64,000 nucleotides of DNA from Candidatus Latescibacterota bacterium (GCA_965248265.1 CBDFJF010000001.1:896001-960000); one strand, 5' to 3'; numbered from the stretch's first letter, positions 38,083 to 49,303 are shown. Numbers and translations: made by a program. Notes: generated by a model from the sequence alone, not told the origin.

Positions 38083-40356
38083 CTACCTCTCCGCCAATTT
38101 CCCGTCGACAAGGTGAAACCTCGGCGCTTTTACTAGTTCTTCGAGGGTTCTCTGATGTTCGCCAACGCGCACGACTACGCCTGGAAAGGCCTTATCGGCC
38201 ATTGTGATCTCCGCCTTCTCAGCTGCTGAGCTGATTTTCTTATCCAGCTCCTGGCGCTGCCCCGCAAGTGTCTGATACGCTTGGGCGAGTTGTCCCAGCT
38301 GTTGCGCGCGATTGGCCAGCAATTTTTGCCGCGGACCGGTCGTAGCCTTGATCATATTTCGTATCTGTCCCAGATCGACTCGTGTCAGTCCGAACACCCT
38401 CAAGATTCGCAGGATATGCTCGTGACTGGTGTCAATGCCTTTTTTCAGTTTGTCGAGCTGCTGCGCTTGGCCGGGCTCCAATCCGACTACGAGGGTGGTC
38501 GTTGTTCCAGTTGGCGTGCCCGCGGTGTGACCTCTTATTCCCTCGCGCGCCAAAATGCGGCCCCCCATCACACTACCACCGCGGCCACCGCTGCCCCTCT
38601 CAACCGTCAGCCCGCCCCCTGTCTGAATCCTGGCGTGATAGGCAAAATTCCCGAGCGTGACATCCGTTCCAGCCAGAAGGGTGGCGTCCTGGATGAATTG
38701 AGCGCGCACATTTTGCTTTGCCATGATCTTCGTCTTCTGGCCGACGATCCCTCTACCGACGGTGACATCCCCCTCGGCGATAATCGTCGAACCAGGCTCT
38801 ACGGTTCCCGTAACGGTAACTGACCCCCCGGCTTTGACCGTAAATCCCTGCACTATTGAGCCGTCTATGCATACCTCGCCTCCGAAGCTGAGGTTTCCCG
38901 TGTTGAACGAGACATCCCCTGTCACCGCCAAGAGTTCCACGACCGAAATCTCACCGCTCTCCAATCTGGCTGCGCCGTCTATGTTGGCGATGAACTCTTC
39001 TACTTCACCCTCTCGCCCGACCCGGACATTATCCCCTGCCTCCAATGTCTGCTCTTCACCGTCCTCTGCGGCAAGACTCTTTGCCTTGAGATCTTTGCCC
39101 GGCGTACCCTTTGTCGCAGGCACCCGACGCGCCACCACCTGGTCAGCCCGAACATCGGGGGAGAAGTTCACATCGCGGAAGTCGATGGAACCGTCCTCCC
39201 TCTCGATGCCCGGTCGGCGTTCGAGGTCCACGAGGATCTCTATCTGGGCATCCCTCCCCCTTATGGGCTCTGTCCCCCTGACGACTTCGTACAACCCACA
39301 CTCGTGGCTGCCGTCACGGATTGAGGAAGTCAGGAGCCCGATTTCTTTATCTTGAATGTCACTGCGCACTTCTAGGTCTTGCATACACTGGCGGATCATT
39401 TCGGGTGTCAAGGGCTGCGGGTCCTCGTCGAGCACCAGCCAGGACAGGCACATGTATTTTTCATCGATCCACAGCGGCGACAAGACCGAGAGCCGGCCTT
39501 CCAAGAGACAGATGTATCCATAGCGTTCCGACTTGAATTCTCCGTCAGCCGAGAGCGCAACATTCAGCCCGGCCTCCAGCTTGCCTCCCTTCGCGTCGAA
39601 CGATGGAGATATCGGCCGACCAAACACGTCCTTCCCCGGTTTCCCTTCTTCGGCGCCCTTCATTCGCGCTAGCACTTCACCGGGACAAACCGCGAGTCCC
39701 CGGGTCTGCTTGACGCTGGCCTCATCCAGAGCTTCGGCGTGCAATACCTCATACAACTCCATGGACATGAGGCTGAGCGTTTCTGACGACATGCTGTGGC
39801 CCGGTTGACCCGGATGGAGATACTCGATCCGTTCAGCTTTTCCGGAGACGGGGCATTCACCCTCGGCCACCTTCAGCCACGGTGCCGGTGGACGAAAAGC
39901 TTTCGAGATGTCTAGAGCAGACGCGTCGACTCGTGTCAGCCCGTGTCGCTCGCAGATCTCCTCGAGTTTTCCCTCAGCAATTGCGTCGTCGGAAAGCTCA
40001 ATGAGATAGGCGCAGAGCCCGTCATGACTGAGCGCCAGCGTAATGCCCGACAACGAGACAGTGTAAAACGTCTGACCTTCATCTTCACACGAGCCTCGCG
40101 GCGCCTGAGCTTGCCTGAGACTGCTCACAGGCTGCCCAAAACCCGCGGCGATCCAACGCGCTTCAGGGTCGCTTTCACCGCGCAGCTCCGCAGAGGCCTC
40201 CGCCACCCGTTCTTCAACCGTGGTAGGCTCATCCCTCGTGACCGCCTCGACTTCCTGCAGAAAATCCTCCACCTCCTGCAGATCTGCAGCTACTGGTGCT
40301 TTGCCGTTTCCACGATGCTGGGCCGCTCTCTTCGTCGCTCGCGCCCGTCTGTTCAT
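38083..40356 (-). CDS. FapA (DUF342) family protein
   Basis: GSIDFRDVN, GDVSFNTGNLSFGGEV, AFPGVVV; paralog of 33142..34986. Confidence 0.87.
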   Translation of the reverse strand: MNRRARATKRAAQHRGNGKAPVAADLQEVEDFLQEVEAVTRDEPTTVEERVAEASAELRGESDPEARWIAAGFGQPVSSLRQAQAPRGSCEDEGQTFYTVSLSGITLALSHDGLCAYLIELSDDAIAEGKLEEICERHGLTRVDASALDISKAFRPPAPWLKVAEGECPVSGKAERIEYLHPGQPGHSMSSETLSLMSMELYEVLHAEALDEASVKQTRGLAVCPGEVLARMKGAEEGKPGKDVFGRPISPSFDAKGGKLEAGLNVALSADGEFKSERYGYICLLEGRLSVLSPLWIDEKYMCLSWLVLDEDPQPLTPEMIRQCMQDLEVRSDIQDKEIGLLTSSIRDGSHECGLYEVVRGTEPIRGRDAQIEILVDLERRPGIEREDGSIDFRDVNFSPDVRADQVVARRVPATKGTPGKDLKAKSLAAEDGEEQTLEAGDNVRVGREGEVEEFIANIDGAARLESGEISVVELLAVTGDVSFNTGNLSFGGEVCIDGSIVQGFTVKAGGSVTVTGTVEPGSTIIAEGDVTVGRGIVGQKTKIMAKQNVRAQFIQDATLLAGTDVTLGNFAYHARIQTGGGLTVERGSGGRGGSVMGGRILAREGIRGHTAGTPTGTTTTLVVGLEPGQAQQLDKLKKGIDTSHEHILRILRVFGLTRVDLGQIRNMIKATTGPRQKLLANRAQQLGQLAQAYQTLAGQRQELDKKISSAAEKAEITMADKAFPGVVVRVGEHQRTLEELVKAPRFHLVDGKLAER

Positions 40357-40372
40357 GATCTTGCCAGTCCTT

Positions 40373-41911
40373 TCATCTCAACGGCTCAACCACAGCCAAC
40401 TCCTCATTCTTCGGCTCCTTGCTCTGGCTGGGATAATTTGGTACGGACTCTATTTCAGAGCTAGTAGAGGACAACGTGAAGTAGAAGGTAGCTCCAGCAT
40501 CCGTCGCCCCGTGCGCCCAGATCCGGCCCCCGTGTCGCGTAACGATGCGATTCACCGTTGCCAGGCCGATCCCCGTCCCACTGAATTCTTCACCCGAATG
40601 CAGACGTTGGAACGGTTTGAACAGCTTACTCGCAAACTCCATATCGAAACCAGCGCCGTTGTCACGAACGAAGAATGCCTCCTCCTCCTGATGGTGGGTG
40701 ACGCCGAACTCGATGACAGCTCCGGCTTTTTTCTGGGTAAACTTCCATGCATTCCCGATCAGGTTGTTCAGAACGATCAACAGCAGGTTGGCATCAGCAT
40801 GGGCGTTGAGCGACGGAGCAATCGAGAACTCGAGTTGCCTGGGTGAATTCTCCTGGCGCAGTTTCTCCACAACCTTCTGGGCCATAGCCGACACGTCCAC
40901 GATTTCCCGATTCATCCCGGCCCGAGTCACGCGCGAAAGCTTGAGCAGGGAGTCGATGATGCGCTCCATGGTGCTCGCTGCGGTTATGATCTTGTTGAGG
41001 TATTCCTGCGCCTTTTCAGGTAGGTCGTCGACGCGCCTCACCACGAGCTGGGAGAGGCCGGCGATATGCCTGAGCGGTGCCCTGAGGTCGTGGGATGCAG
41101 AGTAGTTGAAGGCCTCCAGCTCCTGGTTTGCGGCCTGCAGAGCTGCAGTTCGTTCCGCAACCCGACGTTCCAGGTGTTCGTTGAGCCCCCTGACTTCCTC
41201 TTCCGCGTCGTCTCGCTCTCTTTCTCGCCTCTGGATCTCGTCAAGCATGACATTGAAACCATCGTAGAGCACGCCGATCTCGTTTTCTCCCACATGCGGA
41301 GCCCTCAGGTGATAGTCCCCTTCAGAAACCCTCCTCGCCAGCGCTGTCAACCTCAGAATAGGGTCCGATATAATCCTTTGAAGACCGACAGCCGCGAGCG
41401 CCGCCAGGAGACACAGTATGAGTGTCAGGATCCCCATCTCTGTGGCCAGATCTATGACTCGATCGTCCAGGCCCTGCGTAGAGGCACGAAGGTACAGAGC
41501 TCCGTACTGGTGACCATCCTGCTCTACGGGAATGATCACGTGCAGCTGATTGGTTGAAAACCAGGTGGCGGGGGTTAAATCGTCCGGCGGTGCGAATTCG
41601 ATGTCCTCCGTCCCAAAATACGAGAAAAGTTCGCGGTCCTCGAAAAGGGCCACCACCTCGATAGATGGCTCTACGGTAATTCTGGAGAGCGTACGGGTCG
41701 ATGCCTTCCGATCGCTGAACGCCAGATCGGTCACGCTGTAATCGGCCAGGATGCGTGCGGTCGTCTCCGTTTGATAGACCATGTCCTGTTGCAACGTTCG
41801 ATAAGTCCTAATGCCGGATATGCTCAAGCCTACCAATAGGAGGGGCACGGCAACGACGAGGATCATCCACAGCAGCTTGGCTCTGATGGAAACGTTCTTC
41901 AGTCGGTTCAT
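40373..41911 (-). CDS. Membrane HAMP histidine kinase
   Basis: Two TM helices, HAMP (PILRL..NEIGVLYDGFN), YSASHDLRAPLR, NLIGNAWKF, GTGIGLA. Confidence 0.92.
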   Translation of the reverse strand: MNRLKNVSIRAKLLWMILVVAVPLLLVGLSISGIRTYRTLQQDMVYQTETTARILADYSVTDLAFSDRKASTRTLSRITVEPSIEVVALFEDRELFSYFGTEDIEFAPPDDLTPATWFSTNQLHVIIPVEQDGHQYGALYLRASTQGLDDRVIDLATEMGILTLILCLLAALAAVGLQRIISDPILRLTALARRVSEGDYHLRAPHVGENEIGVLYDGFNVMLDEIQRRERERDDAEEEVRGLNEHLERRVAERTAALQAANQELEAFNYSASHDLRAPLRHIAGLSQLVVRRVDDLPEKAQEYLNKIITAASTMERIIDSLLKLSRVTRAGMNREIVDVSAMAQKVVEKLRQENSPRQLEFSIAPSLNAHADANLLLIVLNNLIGNAWKFTQKKAGAVIEFGVTHHQEEEAFFVRDNGAGFDMEFASKLFKPFQRLHSGEEFSGTGIGLATVNRIVTRHGGRIWAHGATDAGATFYFTLSSTSSEIESVPNYPSQSKEPKNEELAVVEPLR

Positions 41912-42483
41912 GGGCCGTCTCCCGTGACTACGAGCCGCGCCCGTGGGAGTAAGCGCCGAGAGATCTCCAGTCCAACGTCCTCCAGCTCGTTTCGATTGAT
42001 CTCGAAACGGAGCAGCTCTGCGTCGAGGAAAAAGTTGATCATCACCCCGCGCTCGCCGAAGCCCGGAGTGTCCCCGATTGTCAACACAGGTCGCCCCTCA
42101 GTCGTCGCCAAAATTAGAGGCAGCTCATTATCCTCCGAAGCTGAGATGAAAAGAACCTGACAGTTGCCGATCTCCACCGCACTGCCTATGTACCGAACCC
42201 TGACCGGCCGGCCTTGGATAGGCGTGATCTGAGCCAGTTCGTCCAGTCTGCTGCCGAACGAGTGTGCTCCAATCACCTCGATCATGAAGGGGGATGATTC
42301 GTCGCCCTCCCCCTCGGGCCAGGTGATGAAGCGCGTAAGCCGCTCGATAAAAGTGACCTCGAGAGTCAACCGATCGGTCTGGGCGTAGATCGGATTCAGC
42401 ATTACCAGCAGTACTAAGCCGGCGGTAACTCGCGCAGCTCCAAGGACGTTCGTCCGAACTCCACTTTTCATCCGTGGCACCAT
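41908..42483 (-). CDS. yfiR: YfiR (DUF4154) family periplasmic regulator
   Basis: RFITWP, CQVLFIS, PVLTIGD, GVMINF, RFEIN, GLEISRRLL; lies between a TonB receptor and a HAMP kinase. Confidence 0.85.
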   Translation of the reverse strand: MVPRMKSGVRTNVLGAARVTAGLVLLVMLNPIYAQTDRLTLEVTFIERLTRFITWPEGEGDESSPFMIEVIGAHSFGSRLDELAQITPIQGRPVRVRYIGSAVEIGNCQVLFISASEDNELPLILATTEGRPVLTIGDTPGFGERGVMINFFLDAELLRFEINRNELEDVGLEISRRLLPRARLVVTGDGP

Positions 42484-43760
42484 TACGCGGGCAGCCGGAC
42501 CCTTCCCTTAGAGTCCAACAGATATCATTCCATACACAGCTCGCCCGGAATGATGCGGAATTGTATTTACAACCTTCCGGTTGAACTCAGGGAAATCAAT
42601 ATCTTCATCCAACAGATTATCGGCATATAGAGATAGTGTCGTTTCAGGCATGGTTGGCTTACCTAATAACTTGGGAATATCAAAACTGATATTGGCCGTT
42701 AGAAGATCATAGGAATCCGCCGCGGGATTTACTTCCTGCGTACCGAGATTGAATTTCTCGACTTTGCTTGCCTCTCCAAAGTGGCTATTAAATAGACTCA
42801 CAGTGTATCCTTTATCCGCTTCGTATGAAGCTCCCACTTTTGCCATCAAGTTGGGACTGAACGTGACATCCTTTTGCCCTTTGTCATCCTCGTTAATCTG
42901 ATAACTGATGGAACCTAACAGGCGGAGCTCTTTGGCAAACTGCGCATTACCTTCGAATTCAAGACCCTGAAAATCCACTTCTCCCGCATTGACATACGTA
43001 TTAACTCCGTCGACAAAAGTCCTAGCATGACTATCTGAGAGCTTACTGCTGTAGTAGGTAAATGCCGCGAAATGTCGTGAAGTATGGTAGAAAATCTGGG
43101 CGTCAAAAGTTGCAATTCTTTCAGGTTGTAACTTGCTGTTCCCTTTCAGAAAAGGGGCGTCGATAAATGATTCAGCGCCAAACGCTGCACGGTATGCCTC
43201 ACCGTAAAGAACTTTGGCGCCCCACGCCTTATGGAAGTTGGTAACGGCCCCTATACGTGGCGAGATATCGGAAGCTACGCCTTCGGGCTTATTCCATTGA
43301 AAACCACCGACCAGTTTTAACCAGTCCAAAGGCGTGTAATTCCCTTGCAAGTAAATACTCTCACGCCACATGTCATAATTACTGACCCGACCCACACCCA
43401 ATTTCCCATGAAGCTGGTCAAAAACTCCACCAGCGACAATATCTACATTATCCGATATTTGACCATGAGTCGTTAGCTCAATCAAATATCCACTTGAGTC
43501 AAACTCCCTTGTGATTCCGCCAATGGGGAAATCGAAACTGTGGCCGTTGTAGGTAGAATTGATAGCGACATCCCAATTTCCGGTAACAGGATGGGTATAA
43601 CCAACATCAATGAACTGCCGCTTGAGACCCAAAATTCCGCCTGGAAATAAAAATGCGCTTCCTATATTTCGATTAGACGTGTTCGAGAGGATACTATTTA
43701 CTGTGAGACCTTTATAGGATGCTTGAAATACGGCCTGTGTACCGGACTCCTCATTTTTAA

Positions 43761-45203
43761 GGCTCGTCAGTAGAATTCGTGGGTAAATTGTGGCTCGGGT
43801 AGATGGCCAAGCTGATGGAATGAAGCGATTTGGAGTGCATTGAAGGTGCGGAATCCGAATGCTTTTCTCACCGTCAGATTCCATTTCAGGTTCAAGCCCT
43901 CGACGATGCCGTTGTTGAACTGCTTCTTGGCCCTGAACCAATTGAGGATGAGCTCTCGATGACGACGGAGCATCCTGGCGATGTCTTTCATCGGTTCGAT
44001 CTTGCTCCTCATCGTGCGGAAACACCAGCGGTCGAGGAATTTGCCGGCCCAGGCGGGGTAGGTATAGTTCCAGAAGCGCTGGAAGTCTTCCTTCAGTAGA
44101 TAGGCTTTGACGGTACGCAGGTTCATCTTCAAGAGCTCGGACAGCTTCAAGCCTTGGGTGTCGCTGAGGTTCTCCTTGCGCTTGAGGAAGCACCAGCGGC
44201 TCTTGCACAGGACGGGATCTTGGCCCTCTTCTTTGAGTCTGCGGGCCTCTTCGGCACGGACTTTGTCGAGGGCCTTGCTGAAGTGCTGCATGATGTGAAA
44301 GCGGTCGAGAACGTGTACCGCCGCCGGGAGCCGCTGGTCGATGACGGTGAGGTAGGCTTTCCAGATATCACTGCAGATGACGGCAATCTGGCCGAGGAAG
44401 CTTCTCGGCTCCTGCTCGCCGGCCGCATCTTGCTTGCGCTGGTGCTCTTGCTCCAGCTCAGTAAAGCCGTCGTCCAGGGTCTTCATCGTCCGCCCTTCGC
44501 CCATCCATAACAGGCGGCGGCGGTGGGTGTCGATCTGGTACAGCAAGGTCAGATAATGATGGCCTTTCCGATACTGGATTTCATCCACGCCGAGGGCGGT
44601 GACCTGGTCGAGACCGCGATGAGCGATGCCATATTCCACCACGTACTGGACGGACTGGTAGATCTTGTCCCAACTGGTGCGGAAGGAGCGGGCTACCTCC
44701 GTCCACGACAGCTTCTTGGCCCATTGCGCTAGGAAGCACCGGTAGATGTCGGTCAGGTGGTGCTTACCCGTGCTCCAGGGGACCTTCTCGACGACCACCC
44801 GGCCGCAGGCGTTGCAGGCCACCCGACGCATGGGATACACCAGAAAGACCGGGAACCCCCAGAGCGGAACGAACTCGAACCGCCGTGCATCGGTGGCCGT
44901 GTCATAGGTGGGTGACAACTGACCGCAGCCGCTGCACTCCGCCCTGGAGTTCTTTCGGGGCCGGAGGCTCACCATAATCCTTCCGTGTTCGTCAAAATGA
45001 CTGCCCTCAAACACAAAACGCTTGAACTTCGTGCATCGGTTCAGTACTGTGATCAGGCGCATCATTCCCTCCAAGGTAGGTCGGGATCGGTCTTGGTCGA
45101 TTGTCCCAACATACCGGGAATGATGCGCCTGTGCTATCCTCGGTCTCCTCTATGCCCGTGGGCGCAGCCGGGCTCTTTCACCCACAGATTCTCCGGAGGA
45201 GCC
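43761..45203 (-). mobile_element. ISL3-family insertion sequence
   Basis: Imperfect IRs GGCTCGTCAGTAGAATTCGTGGGT / GGCTCCTCCGGAGAATCTGTGGGT; 8-bp target duplication ATTTTTAA at 43753..43760 and 45204..45211. Confidence 0.93.
43767..45065 (-). CDS. ISL3 transposase
   Basis: Zn finger CSGC/CNAC, LGVDE, CSDIWKAY, LDRFHI, NGIVEGLN, RKAFGFR. Confidence 0.93.
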   Translation of the reverse strand: MMRLITVLNRCTKFKRFVFEGSHFDEHGRIMVSLRPRKNSRAECSGCGQLSPTYDTATDARRFEFVPLWGFPVFLVYPMRRVACNACGRVVVEKVPWSTGKHHLTDIYRCFLAQWAKKLSWTEVARSFRTSWDKIYQSVQYVVEYGIAHRGLDQVTALGVDEIQYRKGHHYLTLLYQIDTHRRRLLWMGEGRTMKTLDDGFTELEQEHQRKQDAAGEQEPRSFLGQIAVICSDIWKAYLTVIDQRLPAAVHVLDRFHIMQHFSKALDKVRAEEARRLKEEGQDPVLCKSRWCFLKRKENLSDTQGLKLSELLKMNLRTVKAYLLKEDFQRFWNYTYPAWAGKFLDRWCFRTMRSKIEPMKDIARMLRRHRELILNWFRAKKQFNNGIVEGLNLKWNLTVRKAFGFRTFNALQIASFHQLGHLPEPQFTHEFY

Positions 45204-45961
45204 ATTTTTAATAATGTCATGTACCCCAGCTTCATCCGTTGCCTCAAAATCCCAGCCCTGGCTGTCCAGATAGTCTATGCCCCCATAAAAGCTGAAATCT
45301 CCATGGTGCTTGCCACCAGATACGGTTATCTCTTTCGTATCAAATGAACCGTACCGGGTTGAGATTACCACATCTATATCCTTATTTGCCTTTTTGGTAA
45401 TAACATTGATGACACCTGCAAACGCATTCGTGCCGTAAAGGACAGAGCCAGGACCTCGAATTATCTCTAATCTCTCGATCGTTTCTAGAGGAAATGACCT
45501 GTAGATGTCGCCGTTAATTCCTCCGCCATGCGCTTCTCGGATAGGTCTGCCATTGAGCAATAGGAGTATGTGATTATCGGCGTGGGTTTGTGCACCGGCT
45601 CTGATAGCCGTTACATTGTGAGGAAAGACATTGGACCCTATTACTTGGGTATTGGTTACTCTATCGAGTACGTCTCTAAGATTTCGAGCCCCAAACCGTT
45701 TTATTTCATCTTGTGTGACAGTACTGACAATCCCCGGAGCATGAGAAATTCTCTCAGCTTTCTTCGATGCCGTGGTCACTTTCAGATTAAATAGGTCGTC
45801 CAGGGAAAGTTGGACCAGCTCTCCCAGCGAAGACTCCTCATCCTCGTTTCTGTCCTCATAAGCCGAGAGATGGTTGTTACATAAAAGCAGTATAAAACAG
45901 CAAATGGATAGAATTTGGGATGCCGCAAACTTCTGGTTTGTTTCCCTGGTACGTCTGGCCA

Positions 45962-46948
45962 TCACAGGCTCCTTTCACTCAGTTCCAGCAACTCGTCGAC
46001 CTGGATCTGCCCGCTCTCCAGGTCCTCTGCCACCCCCGCGCTCCACAACACGAGAGCCGCCTCCTGGCCCAAACGCCGCAGGGCGTTGCCAGCCTGCTCT
46101 CTGTCCGCTTCTGGCAGGCCATCCACCCAAAGGACGCCCATCGCTTCGTCTTGGTACAGAAGGGAGACCGCGGCCTGGCTTCCAGTATCTTGCTTTGGCT
46201 GTCCATCCCGGAATACTTGCTCGACCAGGGAAGTTTCTTCACCCAAAGAGACAGCCGGCAACCCATCGCCTTGCTGACCGTCTTCCAGGGCGGCTACTGC
46301 CTCCAGCTGGTCACCCGTTTCATTGGGCCGGTACATAATGACGCGCTTTATTCCCAGGACTTGCTCTACTACCTGCAGAATTTCTTGTTGGGCCTGCCGG
46401 ACGCTGTGTCCAGACATCTGGAAATGGACCAGCCGATCGCGGCCCTCGAGTTCTTTCACCTGACGTTCTAACTGGTGGTAGGCATGCCGTAGGTCTCGGG
46501 TTTGAACCTCCACCTTCAGTTCCAGCTCTTGCTGATATGAGCGGTTCTCGGCCACGAGCCGCTGTCGGGCCATTGCCTGCTCGATCTCCGCCTCTACCAG
46601 AGCCAAGTCGAAGGGCTTAATGAGGTAATTGTATGCCCCCAAGCGCATAGCTTTGATGATCGTGTCCGTATCCTCAGTAGCAGTGGCCATAACCACTCCG
46701 AGATCGGGATATTTCCCTCTAATCCATCGTAGGACCTCCAAGCCATCCATCTCGGGCATGAGAATGTCCAATGTTACCAGGTCATAGGCCTCCTGCTGCA
46801 GCAGAAGTTGCATGTCGGTGAATCGAGTGGCCGTGCGGACGTAGTAGCCCCGCTTGGCCAAACCGCGCTGCAGAATAGCGCCCACGGCGTCTTCATCATC
46901 CACCACCAGAATCCTCCCTTTATCTGAACACCCGAGTTCCGTCCCCAT
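45962..46948 (-). CDS. Response regulator with C-terminal GAF-like region
   Basis: ILVVDDE, LDILMPEMDG, YLIKPF; KELEGRDRLV shared with 32172..33152. Confidence 0.88.
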   Translation of the reverse strand: MGTELGCSDKGRILVVDDEDAVGAILQRGLAKRGYYVRTATRFTDMQLLLQQEAYDLVTLDILMPEMDGLEVLRWIRGKYPDLGVVMATATEDTDTIIKAMRLGAYNYLIKPFDLALVEAEIEQAMARQRLVAENRSYQQELELKVEVQTRDLRHAYHQLERQVKELEGRDRLVHFQMSGHSVRQAQQEILQVVEQVLGIKRVIMYRPNETGDQLEAVAALEDGQQGDGLPAVSLGEETSLVEQVFRDGQPKQDTGSQAAVSLLYQDEAMGVLWVDGLPEADREQAGNALRRLGQEAALVLWSAGVAEDLESGQIQVDELLELSERSL

Positions 46949-46969
46949 ATGAATTCTCTCCTCGTTATC

Positions 46970-49303
46970 TCATTGCGAGTTGTTTGAAGACGCCTCAGCC
47001 GTTTGCTTCTCGATCGGCAGCTCGATTACAAATCGTGCGCCGGTGGGCTGGGACTCCAGTCTGAGATGGCCGCCATGATCCTGCATAATGCCATTACACA
47101 CACTCAATCCCAATCCGGAACCCGAGCCGATTTCTTTGGTTGTGAAAAACGGTTCGAACACCCGTTCTCGAATTTGCTCAGGCACTCCTGGCCCGCTGTC
47201 TTCCACGGCCAGTACGACCTTGTCAGCGCAAACGCACGTCCGCACGGTGATGCGTTTCTCTTTCTCTACACTCTCCCGCAGTGCATCTTGGCTGTTCTGC
47301 ACCAGGTTCAAAACCACCTGCTGAATCTGACCCGCGTGGACGTGTAAACGCGGCAGATCCTCATCGAAGCTTTCGGTCAACTCAATATGATTCAGCTGTA
47401 ACAGCCGTCGCATCAGGGCAAGCGCTTCGCGCACGACCTCATTGAGATCCATGGCCTGCTTTTCCAACTTTTGACGCCGCGCGAAAGTCAATAGACGCCT
47501 GGTGATCTCGGCCGCCCGAGATCCTGCCTGATAGATTTGGTCAATATCCTGCTGCATCCCTTCTTCCAGTGAATCGTCCAGCAGGAGCTGGCAAAGTCCT
47601 GTGATTGTGGTAAGCGGGTTGTTGATCTCGTGAGCAATACCCGCAGCCAACTGGTCGATCATCTCTACCTTTTGAGCCTGGCGCAGCTGCTGTTCCTTAA
47701 GCGCCAGAGCGTTCAGATCGTCCAGGCGCCGAAAGCCAACGGATAGGACGTCTGTCAGCTCCTGCATGAATGCGAGGTCCCGGTCCGTGAACGCTTCGGG
47801 CTCAGGGCTGTTGGCCGACAGTGTCCCATGAGAGAAAGGAACATCGAGCACCGACCGCACTTCAGGGTACCAAGCCTCTGCGACATCCCCATACTCGTGG
47901 TACGGATCCTCTTTGGCGAGATCGCGACGATACGCTGGCACGTCGGTTCGCCAAATCTGCACGACGACGTTCCTTGCCGTACTGTCATCTCTCATCCGCC
48001 AATTCCCTTCCCTGGTCATCTCGTGGGAGCTAACCGTGGGTGGATCGCTGGATTCGTCGATCACATTGATCGCGTAGTGTTGGGGCAGCACCGGCAGTGC
48101 ATCTAAGCCCTCCCTGACAGCCATCAGCACCTGCACGATCTCCTTGGCGTGGGTCATTTTCCACACTTCCTCTCGTACCCGGTGCAGCATTCGCTCCTCG
48201 GCTTGTCGCCGCCTGCGTTCGGTAATGTCACGGACCATGGCGATCATGCAGGCCCTTCCGTCTCTGTCCATGGTCGAAGCTGAAATCTCGGCGGGTAACT
48301 CCCTGCCCGACTTCGTTCGGCAAGTGCATTCGTCCGTCCATCCTGTCCCCCGTTCAAACACGGACTGTGCGAAAGCTCGAAATTTGGACATCTCATGCGG
48401 GTGAATGGCGGATATCGGGATGGACAGCAAGTCCTCTTGAGCATATTCCAGCAGGTCGCACGCACGGGAATTGGCATCGAGGATTCGATCCAGTTCCGGA
48501 TCGATGACAAAGATCGCATCATTGGAGTGGTCGAAGATTTTGCGGAAACGTTCCTCACTCTCCTGCAGCACCGCTTCTGCCCGCTTGCGCTCCGTGATAT
48601 CGCGAAGCGATGCGAGATAAGCCGCTTCACCATTCCATTCGGTCTCCACCACACGCATTTCGGCCACCGCTGTTTCACCGTCTCTGCGTAGGACATCGAG
48701 TTCTGTTGTTGCCTCCCCCACTGGAAAGCCGAATACTTCGTCCAGGAGTTGCTCTTTACTGCGAGACAAAAGAGCCTCCGCTGCTGGATTTACGAAACGC
48801 ACGATGCCGTTCCGGTCCATGATGATCACGCCATCCGAATTTCTCTCTATGATGTGGCGAAGCCGGGCTTCGCTGAATTGCACCTCATTCATGTGTTGGA
48901 CCAATTCCAACCGCAACCGCTGTCGTTCAATCGCGTAGCGAATGGCCCGTACCAACACACCGTTGTCTGCTTGACCCTTAATCAGATAATCCTGTGCGCC
49001 TCTCTGCATAGCTCTGCTGGCGAGCGCTTCGTCGTCTAGGCCTGTGAGTACTACAATGGGTATTTCTGGTATTTGACTGTGTAATCGGCTAAACGTCTCA
49101 AGGCCCTTGCTGTCCGGCAGCGAGAGATCCAATAGTGCCACATCAAAGTGCCTTTGGCCGAGACGTTTCAGCGCTTCACTGAGCCGTTCTACGTGCGTCA
49201 ATTGAAACGTAGACGGCGTTGACTCCGTCAGTGTCTCACGCATCAAGTCAGCATCGTCGGGATTGTCTTCAACCAGCAGGACTTCGACGGGAATCTTGTC
49301 CAT
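46970..49303 (-). CDS. Hybrid histidine kinase (receiver-PAS-PAS-GAF-like-HK)
   Basis: VLLVEDN, LLDLSLPD, two PAS domains, AHEINNP, QVVLNLVQNS, GSGLGL. Confidence 0.9.
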   Translation of the reverse strand: MDKIPVEVLLVEDNPDDADLMRETLTESTPSTFQLTHVERLSEALKRLGQRHFDVALLDLSLPDSKGLETFSRLHSQIPEIPIVVLTGLDDEALASRAMQRGAQDYLIKGQADNGVLVRAIRYAIERQRLRLELVQHMNEVQFSEARLRHIIERNSDGVIIMDRNGIVRFVNPAAEALLSRSKEQLLDEVFGFPVGEATTELDVLRRDGETAVAEMRVVETEWNGEAAYLASLRDITERKRAEAVLQESEERFRKIFDHSNDAIFVIDPELDRILDANSRACDLLEYAQEDLLSIPISAIHPHEMSKFRAFAQSVFERGTGWTDECTCRTKSGRELPAEISASTMDRDGRACMIAMVRDITERRRRQAEERMLHRVREEVWKMTHAKEIVQVLMAVREGLDALPVLPQHYAINVIDESSDPPTVSSHEMTREGNWRMRDDSTARNVVVQIWRTDVPAYRRDLAKEDPYHEYGDVAEAWYPEVRSVLDVPFSHGTLSANSPEPEAFTDRDLAFMQELTDVLSVGFRRLDDLNALALKEQQLRQAQKVEMIDQLAAGIAHEINNPLTTITGLCQLLLDDSLEEGMQQDIDQIYQAGSRAAEITRRLLTFARRQKLEKQAMDLNEVVREALALMRRLLQLNHIELTESFDEDLPRLHVHAGQIQQVVLNLVQNSQDALRESVEKEKRITVRTCVCADKVVLAVEDSGPGVPEQIRERVFEPFFTTKEIGSGSGLGLSVCNGIMQDHGGHLRLESQPTGARFVIELPIEKQTAEASSNNSQ

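Larger units (their letters stand above)
42508..45965 (-). pseudogene. TonB-dependent receptor interrupted by ISL3
   Basis: Plug motifs VTTASKKAE and IERLEIIRGPGSVLYG in 45204..45965; barrel in 42508..43752; removing the IS and one target copy restores ...HDIIKN-EESGTQ... in frame (668 aa). Confidence 0.9.
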
